Assembly (NCBI GenBank): GCA_964568075.1
Contig: CAZMOM010000015.1
Location: 7,385-71,384, forward strand
Direction of reading: 5' to 3'
Length of the DNA stretch: 64,000 nt
Origin: an uncultured Gammaproteobacteria bacterium
Lineage (GTDB): Bacteria > Pseudomonadota > Gammaproteobacteria > Steroidobacterales > MnTg04
Under the pieces are notes generated by a model, which ran no database searches, was not told the origin of the DNA, and worked only from the letters and a program-made list of their open reading frames with translations. This document shows, piece by piece, positions 9,802 through 19,416 of this stretch. Position 1 is the first letter of the stretch. Each line of letters starts with the position of its first letter. The translations under genes were made by a program, and so were the position numbers.

Positions 9802-11841
9802 TCACGTTGACAGTGGCCGGATTGCCACCATCGTCAGAACATCGTATGCCGCGACGATCTCGTCGTCCTGATTGCTAACCTCGGTATCCCAGCGAACTTC
9901 ACCGTATTCCTCGCCCTCCCGCATCGTTTTTTGCTTGCAGGTCAGACGAACTTTGAGTTCGTCTCCGATGTTGACGGGCTTGGCAAAACGAAGATCGTCG
10001 AGACCGTAGTTGGCCAGTACCGGTCCGTAATCGGGTTCGACAAACAAGCCCGCCGCCAGCGAGACGATGAAATAACCATGCGCGACACGTCCATCGAAGA
10101 AAGGATTTTTCGCAGCCAGCTCATCGTTCATGTGCGCATAAAACTTGTCGCCGCTGAGTTCGGCGAAACTATCGATATCCTCAACTGTTATTTTGCGCGA
10201 CGCGGTGCGCAAGGTATCGCCGATCTGCAGGTCTTCAAAATATTTTGTGAATGGATGAGCGTCGTCACGATTTTCCTCGCCACCCCGAATCCAGCGTCTG
10301 GCGATTTTTCCCAGAGTCGTGGGTGATCCCTGCAAGGCGGTACGCTGCATGTAATGAAGCACGCCGCGAACACCACCCATCTCTTCGCCCCCCCCTGCCC
10401 GACCAGGTCCGCCGTGTATCAGGTGGGGCAGCGGTGAGCCATGACCCGTCGACTCGGCGGCGGAATGCCGATTGGTGATCACCAAACGCCCGTGATACGG
10501 CGCGATCCCCAGCGCCAGTTTTTCGGCGATCTCATCGTCATTGGTGAAAATTGATCCGGCCAGGCTGCCCTCGCCGAGGCGCGCCAGCGCGATGGCCTGG
10601 TCGACCGTATCGTATGGCATAACCGTACTGACCGGACCAAATGCTTCCACGTTGTGAACCGATCGGCTCTGCATCGGATTTTGACAGTGCAGCAGCACCG
10701 GCGCGAAAAAAGCCCCTTTGCTGGCATCGGCATCGATGACATCGAATTTTTCAACGTCGCCAAAAACGATGTCGGCATCGCCGCTAAGATCGGCTACCCG
10801 ACCCCTGACTTCATCCCGCTGCCCGTGACTGGCCAGTGCACCCATCTGCACGTCCTTGTTACCGGGATTACCGACCCGGACTTCACCCAGGGCCTTTGCA
10901 AGCTCGGTGATCAGCTCGTCGCTAAAATCGGCAGGCGCGATAATTCTTCGAATGGCCGTACATTTCTGTCCGGCTTTGATCGTCATCTCACGGACCACTT
11001 CCTGTATATACAGATCGAATTCGGGTGTACCGGGCTTCGCATCCGGACCGAGAATCGATGCGTTCAATGAGTCGGTTTCCGCTGTAAACCGAACCGACTG
11101 GTCGATCACCGTCTTGTTTTGTTGCAAGTGTTCAGCCGTGCTCTTTGAGCCGGTGAAAGAAATAATATCCTGGCAGGTGAGATGGTCAAACAAATCGCCG
11201 ACTCCGCCGCAAATCAACTGTACCGATCCCTCCGGCAGAATCCCGGACTCGACGATTCTTCTGAACATCGCCTCGGTCAGATACGAAGTACTGGTCGCCG
11301 GCTTGACGATCGCGGGCACCCCCGCGAGCAGACAGGGCGCCAGTTTTTCCAGCATCCCCCAGCAAGGAAAATTGAACGCATTGATATGCAGCGCAACGCC
11401 CTCCAGAGGAAGGAAAATATGCTGACCGACAAAACTGCCTTTTTTACTCAGAAACTCGGGTTGGCCATCCACATAGACATGATCGTTCGGCATCTCACGA
11501 CGACCCTTGCTGGAAAAAACAAAGAGCGTTGAAATACCGCCATCCACATCGATCCAGGTATCAGTTCGCGTCGCGCCGGTTTTGGTCGACACCCCGTAAA
11601 ACTCTTTCTTGTGCTCCATCAGGTACTTTGCCAGCGCCTTGAGCATGTTGGCACGCTGGTGGAAGGTATATTGACGCAGATTTTTACCGCCGACTGTACG
11701 TGCAAAATCTGCCATCGAGGAAAAATCGAGCCCGTCGCTCGATGAGGTCGCAATTAACTCACCATCAACCGCGCTTCTCAATTTAACGCCATCTTCCTTA
11801 CCTTGTTGCCAGCGATTTTCGGCGAACGACTGCAGCTTCAT
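9802..11841 (-). CDS. paaZ: bifunctional oxepin-CoA hydrolase / 3-oxo-5,6-dehydrosuberyl-CoA semialdehyde dehydrogenase
   Basis: Collinear similarity (from memory) to E. coli PaaZ: ..HINAFNFPCWGMLEKLAP.., ..EMT.KAGQKCTAIRRII.., ..ESTGHGSPLP.L.HGGPGRAGGGEE.., and a C-terminal MaoC hot-dog domain. The start is set at the ATG giving MKLQSF (11841); the upstream extension to 11967 is unsupported. Confidence 0.93.
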   Translation of the reverse strand: MKLQSFAENRWQQGKEDGVKLRSAVDGELIATSSSDGLDFSSMADFARTVGGKNLRQYTFHQRANMLKALAKYLMEHKKEFYGVSTKTGATRTDTWIDVDGGISTLFVFSSKGRREMPNDHVYVDGQPEFLSKKGSFVGQHIFLPLEGVALHINAFNFPCWGMLEKLAPCLLAGVPAIVKPATSTSYLTEAMFRRIVESGILPEGSVQLICGGVGDLFDHLTCQDIISFTGSKSTAEHLQQNKTVIDQSVRFTAETDSLNASILGPDAKPGTPEFDLYIQEVVREMTIKAGQKCTAIRRIIAPADFSDELITELAKALGEVRVGNPGNKDVQMGALASHGQRDEVRGRVADLSGDADIVFGDVEKFDVIDADASKGAFFAPVLLHCQNPMQSRSVHNVEAFGPVSTVMPYDTVDQAIALARLGEGSLAGSIFTNDDEIAEKLALGIAPYHGRLVITNRHSAAESTGHGSPLPHLIHGGPGRAGGGEEMGGVRGVLHYMQRTALQGSPTTLGKIARRWIRGGEENRDDAHPFTKYFEDLQIGDTLRTASRKITVEDIDSFAELSGDKFYAHMNDELAAKNPFFDGRVAHGYFIVSLAAGLFVEPDYGPVLANYGLDDLRFAKPVNIGDELKVRLTCKQKTMREGEEYGEVRWDTEVSNQDDEIVAAYDVLTMVAIRPLST

Positions 11842-11978
11842 GATGTCCCTCATTGCGATTTGGTACCGAGCGGCACAGAATAGCTGATCGCTCGATCGAG
11901 CGCATACGAAAAAGTCCGTCCGGGCCGGCAAACTGAGCAAACTTTCCCGCCCACAATGAAGAAACATCTGGAGCGAAA

Positions 11979-12767
11979 ATGAGTTTTGAAAACATAGAGT
12001 TCAGCATCACCGACAATATCGCGCGGCTGACGCTAAACCGGCCAAAAAGCCTGAACAGTTTTAACGAAGCCATGCATGGCGAAGTCAGATCCGCGCTCGA
12101 CGAAGTCGAATCCGGATCGTGTCGTGTGCTGCTAATGACAGGTGCCGGACGCGGTTTCTGTGCCGGTCAGGATTTGACAGACCGGCATGTAGCTCCCGGC
12201 GATGCGCCGCCGGATCTTGGCTATACGCTGGAAAATTTCTACAACCCGCTGATCAGGCGGCTACGTAACCTGGAGATGCCGGTGATCTGCGCGGTTAACG
12301 GTGTGGCGGTCGGCGCCGGCGCCAACCTGGCTTTCGCCGCGGATATTGTCATCGCCGCACAATCGGCAAAATTTATCCAGGCATTTTGCAAGCTCGGCCT
12401 GGTCCCGGATTCGGGGGGCACCTATATTTTGCCGCGGCTGCTGGGTCCGGCGAGAGCAACCGCCCTGGCAATGCTTGGTGAAGCGGTCACCGCGAAACAG
12501 GCAGAGGCCTGGGGTCTGATTTGGCGTTGCGTTAAAAATGAGCAATTGATGCCGGAGGCAGAGGCGCTGTGTACTCATTTCGCCAGCCAGCCGACCCGCG
12601 GCCTGGCGCTGATCAAGAAAGCGTTAAATGCCAGTTGGAGCAATTCGCTGGATCAACAGTTGGACCTGGAGCGCAACCTGCAACAGCAGGCGGGCCGCAC
12701 GGAGGATTACCGTGAGGGCGTCAGCGCCTTCATGGAAAAACGCGATCCGGTTTTCAAAGGTAGTTAG
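11979..12767 (+). CDS. paaG: 2-(1,2-epoxy-1,2-dihydrophenyl)acetyl-CoA isomerase (crotonase family)
   Basis: Close match (from memory) to PaaG: ..LTLNRP..LNSFN..MH.., ..TGAGRGFCAGQDL.DR.., ..DYREGVSAF..KR.P.F.G. A GGAG Shine-Dalgarno sequence lies upstream. Confidence 0.9.
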   Translation: MSFENIEFSITDNIARLTLNRPKSLNSFNEAMHGEVRSALDEVESGSCRVLLMTGAGRGFCAGQDLTDRHVAPGDAPPDLGYTLENFYNPLIRRLRNLEMPVICAVNGVAVGAGANLAFAADIVIAAQSAKFIQAFCKLGLVPDSGGTYILPRLLGPARATALAMLGEAVTAKQAEAWGLIWRCVKNEQLMPEAEALCTHFASQPTRGLALIKKALNASWSNSLDQQLDLERNLQQQAGRTEDYREGVSAFMEKRDPVFKGS

Positions 12768-12778
12768 GAGTCTGCTCG

Positions 12779-13210
12779 GTGGATGATCTTGAACGGGCGA
12801 TTGCCTGCCGGGACGCAATGGTTGCCAAAGACCGGGCATCGAAGGCGCTGCGTATTGTTATCAGTATTCCGCAACCCGGCTCCGCCGAAGCCTGCATGAC
12901 GATAACGGACAATATGCTCAACGGATTCGGCGTTTGCCATGGCGGTTATGTGTTTACGCTCGCCGATAATGCGTTTGCATTCGCCTGCAACGCCTGGGAC
13001 CGCGTCACCGTTGCTGCTGGCGCCAGCATCGACTACCTGAAACCGGTACATGAGAACGACAAGCTGGTTGCGACGGCGGTTGCACGGTATCGCGGAAAAC
13101 GAGCGGGCGTATATGATGTCACCGTACATAATCAGAATAACGAGATCGTTGCCGTTTTCCGGGGACGCTCGAGCGCTCTGAAAGAAACGTTGCTCGACGG
13201 GTCTGAATGA
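12779..13210 (+). CDS. paaI: hydroxyphenylacetyl-CoA thioesterase (hot-dog fold)
   Basis: 143 aa, GTG start with AGGAG 9 nt upstream. Motif ..NGFGVCHGGYVFTLADNAFAFACN.. is typical of PaaI. Confidence 0.88.
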   Translation: MDDLERAIACRDAMVAKDRASKALRIVISIPQPGSAEACMTITDNMLNGFGVCHGGYVFTLADNAFAFACNAWDRVTVAAGASIDYLKPVHENDKLVATAVARYRGKRAGVYDVTVHNQNNEIVAVFRGRSSALKETLLDGSE

Positions 13211-13288
13211 GTCGGGTCAATCGTCGCGGCCGCCAAATACGCCTATAATCCTCTTAAGTTTTCATCCCACCATTCGTGAGGCGACTCG

Positions 13289-14281
13289 ATGTACACGCAG
13301 GGCCTTGACCAAAAACGAGACTCGTCCGACAAGGCGGACCCCGGCGATACGCCCGAACGGCTGGCTGCTTTCCAGAAGAGAATAGACGCCGATGAGAAAA
13401 TCGAACCCAAGGACTGGATGCCATCGGCCTACCGCAAGACCCTGATCCGGCAGATGTCGCAACATGCGCATTCGGAAATCGTCGGCATGCTGCCCGAAGG
13501 TAACTGGATCACCCGCGCACCAACTTTGAGACGCAAGGCCATCCTGCTGGCCAAGGTACAAGATGAAGCGGGTCATGGGCTGTATATATACGGCGGTACG
13601 GAGACGCTTGGCGTTTCCCGCGACGACCTTGTCGCAGACTTGCTCAGCGGGAAAGCCAAATATTCGAGTATTTTCAATTACCCGACCATCACCTGGGCCG
13701 ATATCGGTACGATCGGCTGGCTCGTCGATGGCGCGGCCATCATGAACCAGATTCCCTTGTGCCGCTGCTCCTATGGCCCTTACGCCCGCGCCATGGTTCG
13801 AGTCTGCAAGGAGGAAAGCTTTCACCAGCGCCAGGGCTACGAAATCATGCTCGAGCTGTGCCGGGGAACCGACGAGCAAAAACGTATGGCCCAGGACGCA
13901 CTGGACCGCTGGTGGTGGCCTTCGCTGATGATGTTCGGCCCAAGCGACAAGACCTCGGAGCACAGCGCCCAGTCAATGGCCTGGAAAATCAAGCGCGTCA
14001 GCAACGACGAACTGCGCCAGAAGTTTGTCGACGTGACCGTGCCGCAGGCCGAGTACCTGGGGCTGAAGATGCCGGATGAGGATCTCGTTTTTGACAAAAA
14101 AACCGGCCATTACCGATTCGGAGAAATCGACTGGCAGGAGTTTTGGGAAGTGCTCAAGGGCAACGGAAAATGCAACCGCGAGCGGCTGGAAACGCGAAAC
14201 AGGGCCCACGATGAAGGCCGCTGGGTTCGCGAAGCCGCATCCGCCTACGCCGCAAAACAAGCGGCAAAAGCCGCAGCATGA
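13289..14281 (+). CDS. paaA: 1,2-phenylacetyl-CoA epoxidase, catalytic subunit A
   Basis: 330 aa with di-iron ferritin-like motifs (..QDEAGHG.., ..EESFHQRQG..) and the conserved operon position. Confidence 0.93.
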   Translation: MYTQGLDQKRDSSDKADPGDTPERLAAFQKRIDADEKIEPKDWMPSAYRKTLIRQMSQHAHSEIVGMLPEGNWITRAPTLRRKAILLAKVQDEAGHGLYIYGGTETLGVSRDDLVADLLSGKAKYSSIFNYPTITWADIGTIGWLVDGAAIMNQIPLCRCSYGPYARAMVRVCKEESFHQRQGYEIMLELCRGTDEQKRMAQDALDRWWWPSLMMFGPSDKTSEHSAQSMAWKIKRVSNDELRQKFVDVTVPQAEYLGLKMPDEDLVFDKKTGHYRFGEIDWQEFWEVLKGNGKCNRERLETRNRAHDEGRWVREAASAYAAKQAAKAAA

Positions 14282-14288
14282 GGGAATC

Positions 14289-14576
14289 ATGAGTAAACAG
14301 GACTGGCCATTATTCGAAGTATTCATCCGCGCCCGATCGGGTCTGAGCCACCGGCATTTTGGCAGTATTCACGCTGCCGACGAGGCGATGGCGCTTGACC
14401 ATGCACGCGATCTGTATACCCGTCGCAACGAGGGTGTCAGCATCTGGGTTGTCAGATCCACCGATATCATCGCATCCGATCCGGTGGACAGCGACTCATT
14501 GTTCGAGCCGGCCGCCGATAAGATCTATCGCCACCCGACTTTTTACGAGATACCGGACGATGTCGAAAACATGTAA
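14289..14576 (+). CDS. paaB: 1,2-phenylacetyl-CoA epoxidase subunit B
   Basis: 95 aa starting at MSKQDWPLFEVF.., the typical PaaB N-terminus. The ORF-track start at 14076 overlaps paaA and is rejected. Confidence 0.9.
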   Translation: MSKQDWPLFEVFIRARSGLSHRHFGSIHAADEAMALDHARDLYTRRNEGVSIWVVRSTDIIASDPVDSDSLFEPAADKIYRHPTFYEIPDDVENM

Positions 14577-14591
14577 GGACCGGCCGGCGAG

Positions 14592-15350
14592 ATGACCAAA
14601 GAACAAGCACTGATCGCGTATGTCACGCGCATGGGAGACAACGCCATTATCATGGCGCAGCGGCTTTCAGAATGGGTTGGCCACGGCCCGGAATTGGAAG
14701 AAGAAATGGCGATGGCCAATTTCGCGCTGGACTATGTCGGGCAGGCGCGAATGTTTTTCTCATGCGCCGGTGAACTCGAGGGCAAGGGAAAGAGCGAGGA
14801 CGATATCTGTTTTCTCAGAGATGGCTGGGATTACGGCAACATTCTGCTGGTGGAGCAGCCCAACGGGGACTTCGGCGAGACCATCGCCCGGCTGGTGTTG
14901 TTCGAAACATTCTATGCCCTTCAGCTGGAGGCCCTGATGTCATCCCCGGCCACAAAACTTGCTGAAATAGCCGCGCGTGTGATCAAGGAATCCGCATACC
15001 ACCTGCGCCACGCCGGCCACTGGCTGATTCGTCTCGGCGACGGCACTGAAGAAAGTCACCGGCGGGTGCAAAACGCGATCGATCGCCTGTGGACCTATAC
15101 CGGAGAGCTGTTCGAGGCCGACCAAGTCGATGAAATCATGCGGTCAGAATGGGAAGCGCCCGATCTGGCCGTCCTGCGCGAACAATGGCATCGGCAAATC
15201 GGTGAGTTGCTGGCCAAAGCCACTTTAAAAAAACCGGAAGATGGCTGGATGGATTCAGGTGGCAAGCAAGGCCATCACAGCGAACACCTGGGCTATATGC
15301 TGACCGAGATGCAAAGCCTGCAACGGACCTACCCGGGTGCCAGCTGGTAG
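14592..15350 (+). CDS. paaC: 1,2-phenylacetyl-CoA epoxidase subunit C
   Basis: 252-aa ferritin-like structural subunit in the conserved position after paaB. Confidence 0.9.
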   Translation: MTKEQALIAYVTRMGDNAIIMAQRLSEWVGHGPELEEEMAMANFALDYVGQARMFFSCAGELEGKGKSEDDICFLRDGWDYGNILLVEQPNGDFGETIARLVLFETFYALQLEALMSSPATKLAEIAARVIKESAYHLRHAGHWLIRLGDGTEESHRRVQNAIDRLWTYTGELFEADQVDEIMRSEWEAPDLAVLREQWHRQIGELLAKATLKKPEDGWMDSGGKQGHHSEHLGYMLTEMQSLQRTYPGASW

Positions 15351-15617
15351 GACCATGACACCGCGGCATAACCCGCATACTTCACCAAGGCGGTAGCCGC
15401 CGGGTATAAGGAACGGAAGGATCAGGTATTTTGAGGAATCGATCATTGATTGCCGATTACAGTTTGTACGCCGGCGTCCACCTATCGCGGCCCTGGCTGG
15501 TTCTCGGACAGCTGAGCTTGGTCTTCACTCAACCCATAGCTAGTGCGATGGGTTTCGCTCCAGACCCGCCCTCAGCCGTCCGAGCCCTCACCCAGAATCC
15601 GCGATCCGTGGTGAAAT

Positions 15618-16121
15618 ATGCGGCCTAAAACTCTTGAGGCATCGGCCTGGGAAGTGCTGGAGCGGATACCCGACCCGGAAATCCCCGTGTTGAGCATCGT
15701 CGATCTCGGCATCGTGCGCTCGGTGGAAGTCGCCGACGGCAAAGTAACTGTCGGCATCGCGCCAACTTATTCGGGTTGCCCGGCGACGGAAGTCATCGAG
15801 GACAGCGTCGTCAAGTCCCTGCAATCCGGCGGCATCGATCATGTATCCATACAGCGCGTATTATCGCCGCCGTGGACCAGCGACTGGATCAGCGATCGCG
15901 GGCGCGAGAAATTGCGGAAGTATGGCATTGCGCCACCAGAAAAAGGGGCGACACACGGCCAGTTGTTCGGCGATGCGATGCCTGCAGAGCGAATCGTCGC
16001 CTGTCCGAGATGCGGAACCGAGAACACGGAAAAGGTCAGCGAATTTGGCTCGACGGCCTGCAAGGCCTCCTACAAATGCAACGAATGCCTCGAGCCTTTC
16101 GAGTATTTCAAATGCATTTAA
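15618..16121 (+). CDS. paaD: phenylacetate-CoA oxygenase subunit PaaD (Fe-S assembly-like)
   Basis: ..IPDPEIPVLSIVDLGIVR.., ..PTYSGCPATE.., and a C-terminal ..CPRCG...SEFGSTACKA.YKC..C.EPFEYFKCI. A stop codon lies immediately upstream in frame, so the 267-bp gap after paaC is real. Confidence 0.9.
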   Translation: MRPKTLEASAWEVLERIPDPEIPVLSIVDLGIVRSVEVADGKVTVGIAPTYSGCPATEVIEDSVVKSLQSGGIDHVSIQRVLSPPWTSDWISDRGREKLRKYGIAPPEKGATHGQLFGDAMPAERIVACPRCGTENTEKVSEFGSTACKASYKCNECLEPFEYFKCI

Positions 16122-16166
16122 AAATGCGCGGGTCTCGGACCGACGACACAAATAGAAAGTGACCAA

Positions 16167-17249
16167 ATGAAACATTTTCACAAACTGAAGATCGCCCGGA
16201 TCGAGCCAGAGACACCGGATTCGGTCTGCGTTTATCTGAATGTGCCGGAGGAACTACGCGATGAGTATGCCTTTCTCCAGGGCCAGCACTTGCCGGTGCG
16301 CGCCGAGATCGACGGCGAACAGGTCAGGCGAACTTATTCGATTTGCAGCGCGGTCGGCGACCCGGAGCTCCGCATTGGTGTTCGTGTGCAGAAGAACGGT
16401 CTTTTTTCCGGTTATATCGCCAAGACTCTGAAAGCCGGGGATACGCTCGAGGTGATGCCGCCGGTCGGCCATTTCCAGACACTGTTATCAACGGAAAAAA
16501 AGAAAAACTACGTAGCGTTCGTCTCCGGCAGTGGAATTACTCCCTTGCTTTCGATAGTGAAGACCACACTGGTTACAGAACCGCGAAGCCGATTTTTCCT
16601 GTTCTACTGCAACAGGACTCAGGAAAGCACGATGTTTCTTGAGGAGCTGTACGCCCTGAAAAACCAGTACACGGACCGACTGTCGCTGCATTTCGTTTTC
16701 AGCCAGGAGGAGCAGGAATTCGAAATTGCCAGTGGACGTTTCGATGCGGAAAAAGTTCGTAAGCTCTACCAAGGTTTCTGTGCGGGCCTGACCGCCGATG
16801 CAGTCTTTGTCTGTGGGCCCGGCACGATGATCGACACAGTCAAGGATACTCTCACTGAACTTGGCATCTGCAGCAGCAGTATTCACAGCGAGCGGTTTGC
16901 GGCCAGCAAGAAGACTGAACAGAAGCCGGAAACCGTTGCACAACGGCCCACCGACCTGGCCGAGGATATCGTCAGCGTCATGGTAATCCTGGATGGACAT
17001 ACGAAGAAGTTCGATATGCCGATGGATGGCGTGTCGGTACTGGAGGCAGCCCGCGAAAATGGCCTGGACCTGCCTGCCTCCTGCGAGGCCGGGGTTTGCT
17101 CAACCTGCCGCACCCATCTTCGCGAAGGCGAAGTGGAGATGGAAGAAAACTATGCACTGGAGCCCTGGGAAATTGAGGAAGGATTTGTGCTGGCCTGCCA
17201 GGCACACCCGCTTAGCAAAAAATTGATCATCGACTACGACAAGACCTGA
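16167..17249 (+). CDS. paaE: phenylacetyl-CoA epoxidase reductase subunit (FNR-like + plant-type 2Fe-2S ferredoxin)
   Basis: FAD motif RTYSI, an NAD-binding region, and a C-terminal C-x4-C-x2-C (CEAGVCSTC) ferredoxin. Confidence 0.9.
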   Translation: MKHFHKLKIARIEPETPDSVCVYLNVPEELRDEYAFLQGQHLPVRAEIDGEQVRRTYSICSAVGDPELRIGVRVQKNGLFSGYIAKTLKAGDTLEVMPPVGHFQTLLSTEKKKNYVAFVSGSGITPLLSIVKTTLVTEPRSRFFLFYCNRTQESTMFLEELYALKNQYTDRLSLHFVFSQEEQEFEIASGRFDAEKVRKLYQGFCAGLTADAVFVCGPGTMIDTVKDTLTELGICSSSIHSERFAASKKTEQKPETVAQRPTDLAEDIVSVMVILDGHTKKFDMPMDGVSVLEAARENGLDLPASCEAGVCSTCRTHLREGEVEMEENYALEPWEIEEGFVLACQAHPLSKKLIIDYDKT

Positions 17250-17319
17250 TTTGCCGCTTCAGAGCCCCCTTTGAATAGCTACAATAGACGCCCACATTCA
17301 TCTTCGGGGACGACACTGG

Positions 17320-19413
17320 ATGAGTGACATGGTAACTCTGGACCGCCAGGGCCAGGTCGCAGTCATAAAGATCGATAACCCGCCGGTTAACGCACTGTCA
17401 CACGCGGTGCGGCAGGGCGTCAGCGATTGCCTGAAAACAGCGACCGCCGACCCATCGATCGGGATCATCGTGATTTTTTGTTCCGGGCGCACCTTTATCG
17501 CCGGCGCTGATATCCGGGAATTCGGCAAACCGCCACAAAGCCCATCGCTTCGCGATGTACTCGCAGAGTTGGATCAGTCCGCAAAACCGACCGTCGCCGC
17601 AATCCACGGCACCGCGCTGGGCGGCGGGCTGGAAACTGCATTGTGCTGTCATTACCGCGTCGCCGTCAGGGACGCCAGTCTCGGCCTTCCTGAAGTTAAA
17701 CTTGGCTTGTTGCCTGGTTCAGGTGGAACCCAGCGGCTACCCCGGCTAATTGGCGCCGGCCCCGCGCTGGACATGATCATCAGTGGCGAGCCTATAGACG
17801 CAATCAGTGCAAATGCATGCGGAATTGTCGATGAATGTGTCGATGGCGAATTATTGCCGGCTGCTGTCGAGTTTGCCCGACGGAAAATCGAACAGGATGA
17901 CAAGCCGCGACGAATCCGCGACCTGGCGGTCGCACCCGTCAAGGAGGATTTTTTTACCGACTACCGCAACAAGATCGCGCGGCGCACGCGCGGTTTCGAA
18001 GCGCCGGAGAGAATTATTCAGTGTGTGGAAGCCGCAGTTACCAGTTCATTTGACGATGGCATGGAAAAAGAGCGTGAACTATTCCGTCTTTGCCGTGACT
18101 CAGAGCAGAGCGCGTCGATGCGTCACTTGTTTTTCGCCGAGCGGGAGGTGTCGAGAGTTCCCGGGATAACCAGGGACACACCCGTACGTGATATTCAGAA
18201 TGTAGCGGTCGTAGGCGCCGGCACCATGGGAGCAGGAATCGCGCTGGCCTGCCTGAATTCGGGCCTCAATGTGCAGCTGCTCGACAAGGACAAAGACGGC
18301 CTCGAGCGGGGCCAAAAGACGATAGAAAAACTGCTGGGCGCCGCTTTGAAAAAAGGGCGCATCGACGAAGACTCGATGCAAAAGAGACTGGCCTCCCTGC
18401 AGCTGGTCGACGACTACCAGGCGCTTGCGCAAACCGATCTGGCGATCGAGGCTGTGTTCGAAAGCATGGCGATCAAGGAAGAAGTCTTTGGCCTGCTGGA
18501 CAATGTTTGTCGCGGTGGCGCGATCCTCGCGACCAACACCTCCACTTTGGACGTTGATCGGATCGCGGCGGCAACTTCCCGCCCCGAAGACGTGATCGGG
18601 CTGCATTTTTTTAGCCCTGCCAACATTATGAAACTGCTGGAAATTGTTCGCGGTGCCAAGACCTCGGCCGAAGTCATCGCCAGTTCGATGCGCTTTGCAA
18701 AGCAACTATCGAAGATCGGCGTCCTGGTCGGCAATTGCTTTGGCTTCGTCGGCAACCGCATGCTTTACGTCTATGGCCGCGAGAACCAGTTTCTGCTGCT
18801 CGAAGGCGCCGCGCCCGAATACATCGACAAAGTGCTAATCGACTGGGGCATGGCGATGGGACCGAACGCCGTCGGCGACCTGGCTGGCCTGGATGTCGGT
18901 TACAAAGTTCGTCAGGAGCGCACCGACCTCCCCGATGATCCCCGCTATTACCGGGTCTCAGACATGCTGGCCGAACAGGGCCGCTATGGTCAGAAAACCG
19001 GCCGCGGCATTTATTTGTACGCGAAAGGTTCGCGCAAGCCGATACCGGATCCTGAGGTAAGCAAAATGATCCGGCGGGAAGCCGGGCGCCTGGGTGTGGA
19101 GCAACGCGAGATCGGCAGCGAAGAGATCATCGAACGTTGTATTTATGCGCTGGTTCTGGAAGGAGCGAAAATACTCGAAGAGGGTTTCGCATTGCGCGCG
19201 AGTGACATAGACGTGGTCTGGGCGAACGGCTACGGTTTTCCGCGCTATCGCGGCGGGCCGATGTTTTATGCTGATACCATTGGCCTGGGCAAAGCCTATG
19301 ACAAGATTTGCCGGTTCCGGAATCAGTTCGGCGATCAATACTGGTCGGTCCCCGGACTGCTGGAAAGGCTGGCACGTGATGGCGGCACATTCGCCGAATT
19401 GGATAAGGAATAG
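17320..19413 (+). CDS. fused enoyl-CoA hydratase / 3-hydroxyacyl-CoA dehydrogenase (FadB/FadJ-like; probable PaaF+PaaH role)
   Basis: N-terminal crotonase domain (..FIAGADI.EF..), a central Rossmann motif (VAVVGAGTMGAGIA) and C-terminal 3HCDH domains. Lies between paaE and paaJ. Confidence 0.88.
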   Translation: MSDMVTLDRQGQVAVIKIDNPPVNALSHAVRQGVSDCLKTATADPSIGIIVIFCSGRTFIAGADIREFGKPPQSPSLRDVLAELDQSAKPTVAAIHGTALGGGLETALCCHYRVAVRDASLGLPEVKLGLLPGSGGTQRLPRLIGAGPALDMIISGEPIDAISANACGIVDECVDGELLPAAVEFARRKIEQDDKPRRIRDLAVAPVKEDFFTDYRNKIARRTRGFEAPERIIQCVEAAVTSSFDDGMEKERELFRLCRDSEQSASMRHLFFAEREVSRVPGITRDTPVRDIQNVAVVGAGTMGAGIALACLNSGLNVQLLDKDKDGLERGQKTIEKLLGAALKKGRIDEDSMQKRLASLQLVDDYQALAQTDLAIEAVFESMAIKEEVFGLLDNVCRGGAILATNTSTLDVDRIAAATSRPEDVIGLHFFSPANIMKLLEIVRGAKTSAEVIASSMRFAKQLSKIGVLVGNCFGFVGNRMLYVYGRENQFLLLEGAAPEYIDKVLIDWGMAMGPNAVGDLAGLDVGYKVRQERTDLPDDPRYYRVSDMLAEQGRYGQKTGRGIYLYAKGSRKPIPDPEVSKMIRREAGRLGVEQREIGSEEIIERCIYALVLEGAKILEEGFALRASDIDVVWANGYGFPRYRGGPMFYADTIGLGKAYDKICRFRNQFGDQYWSVPGLLERLARDGGTFAELDKE

Positions 19414-19416
19414 ATC

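Noticed and set aside
9795-9804. Palindrome TGAGCGCTCA as a possible regulatory site
   Set aside because: It is simply the two convergent stop codons (E2 and paaZ) separated by GCGC. It is mentioned only as context.
11842-11967. N-terminal 42-codon extension of paaZ; similar extensions at 25421-25630 (Cys-rich ORF), 28761-28862 (NHL) and 46626-46664 (TonB-dependent receptor)
   Set aside because: Homology or signal peptides begin at internal ATGs. The extensions run into intergenic DNA and have no support.
14076-14288. Upstream extension of the paaB reading frame (the ORF track gives 166 aa)
   Set aside because: The extension overlaps the 3' end of paaA. Canonical PaaB is ~95 aa and begins at MSKQDW (14289).
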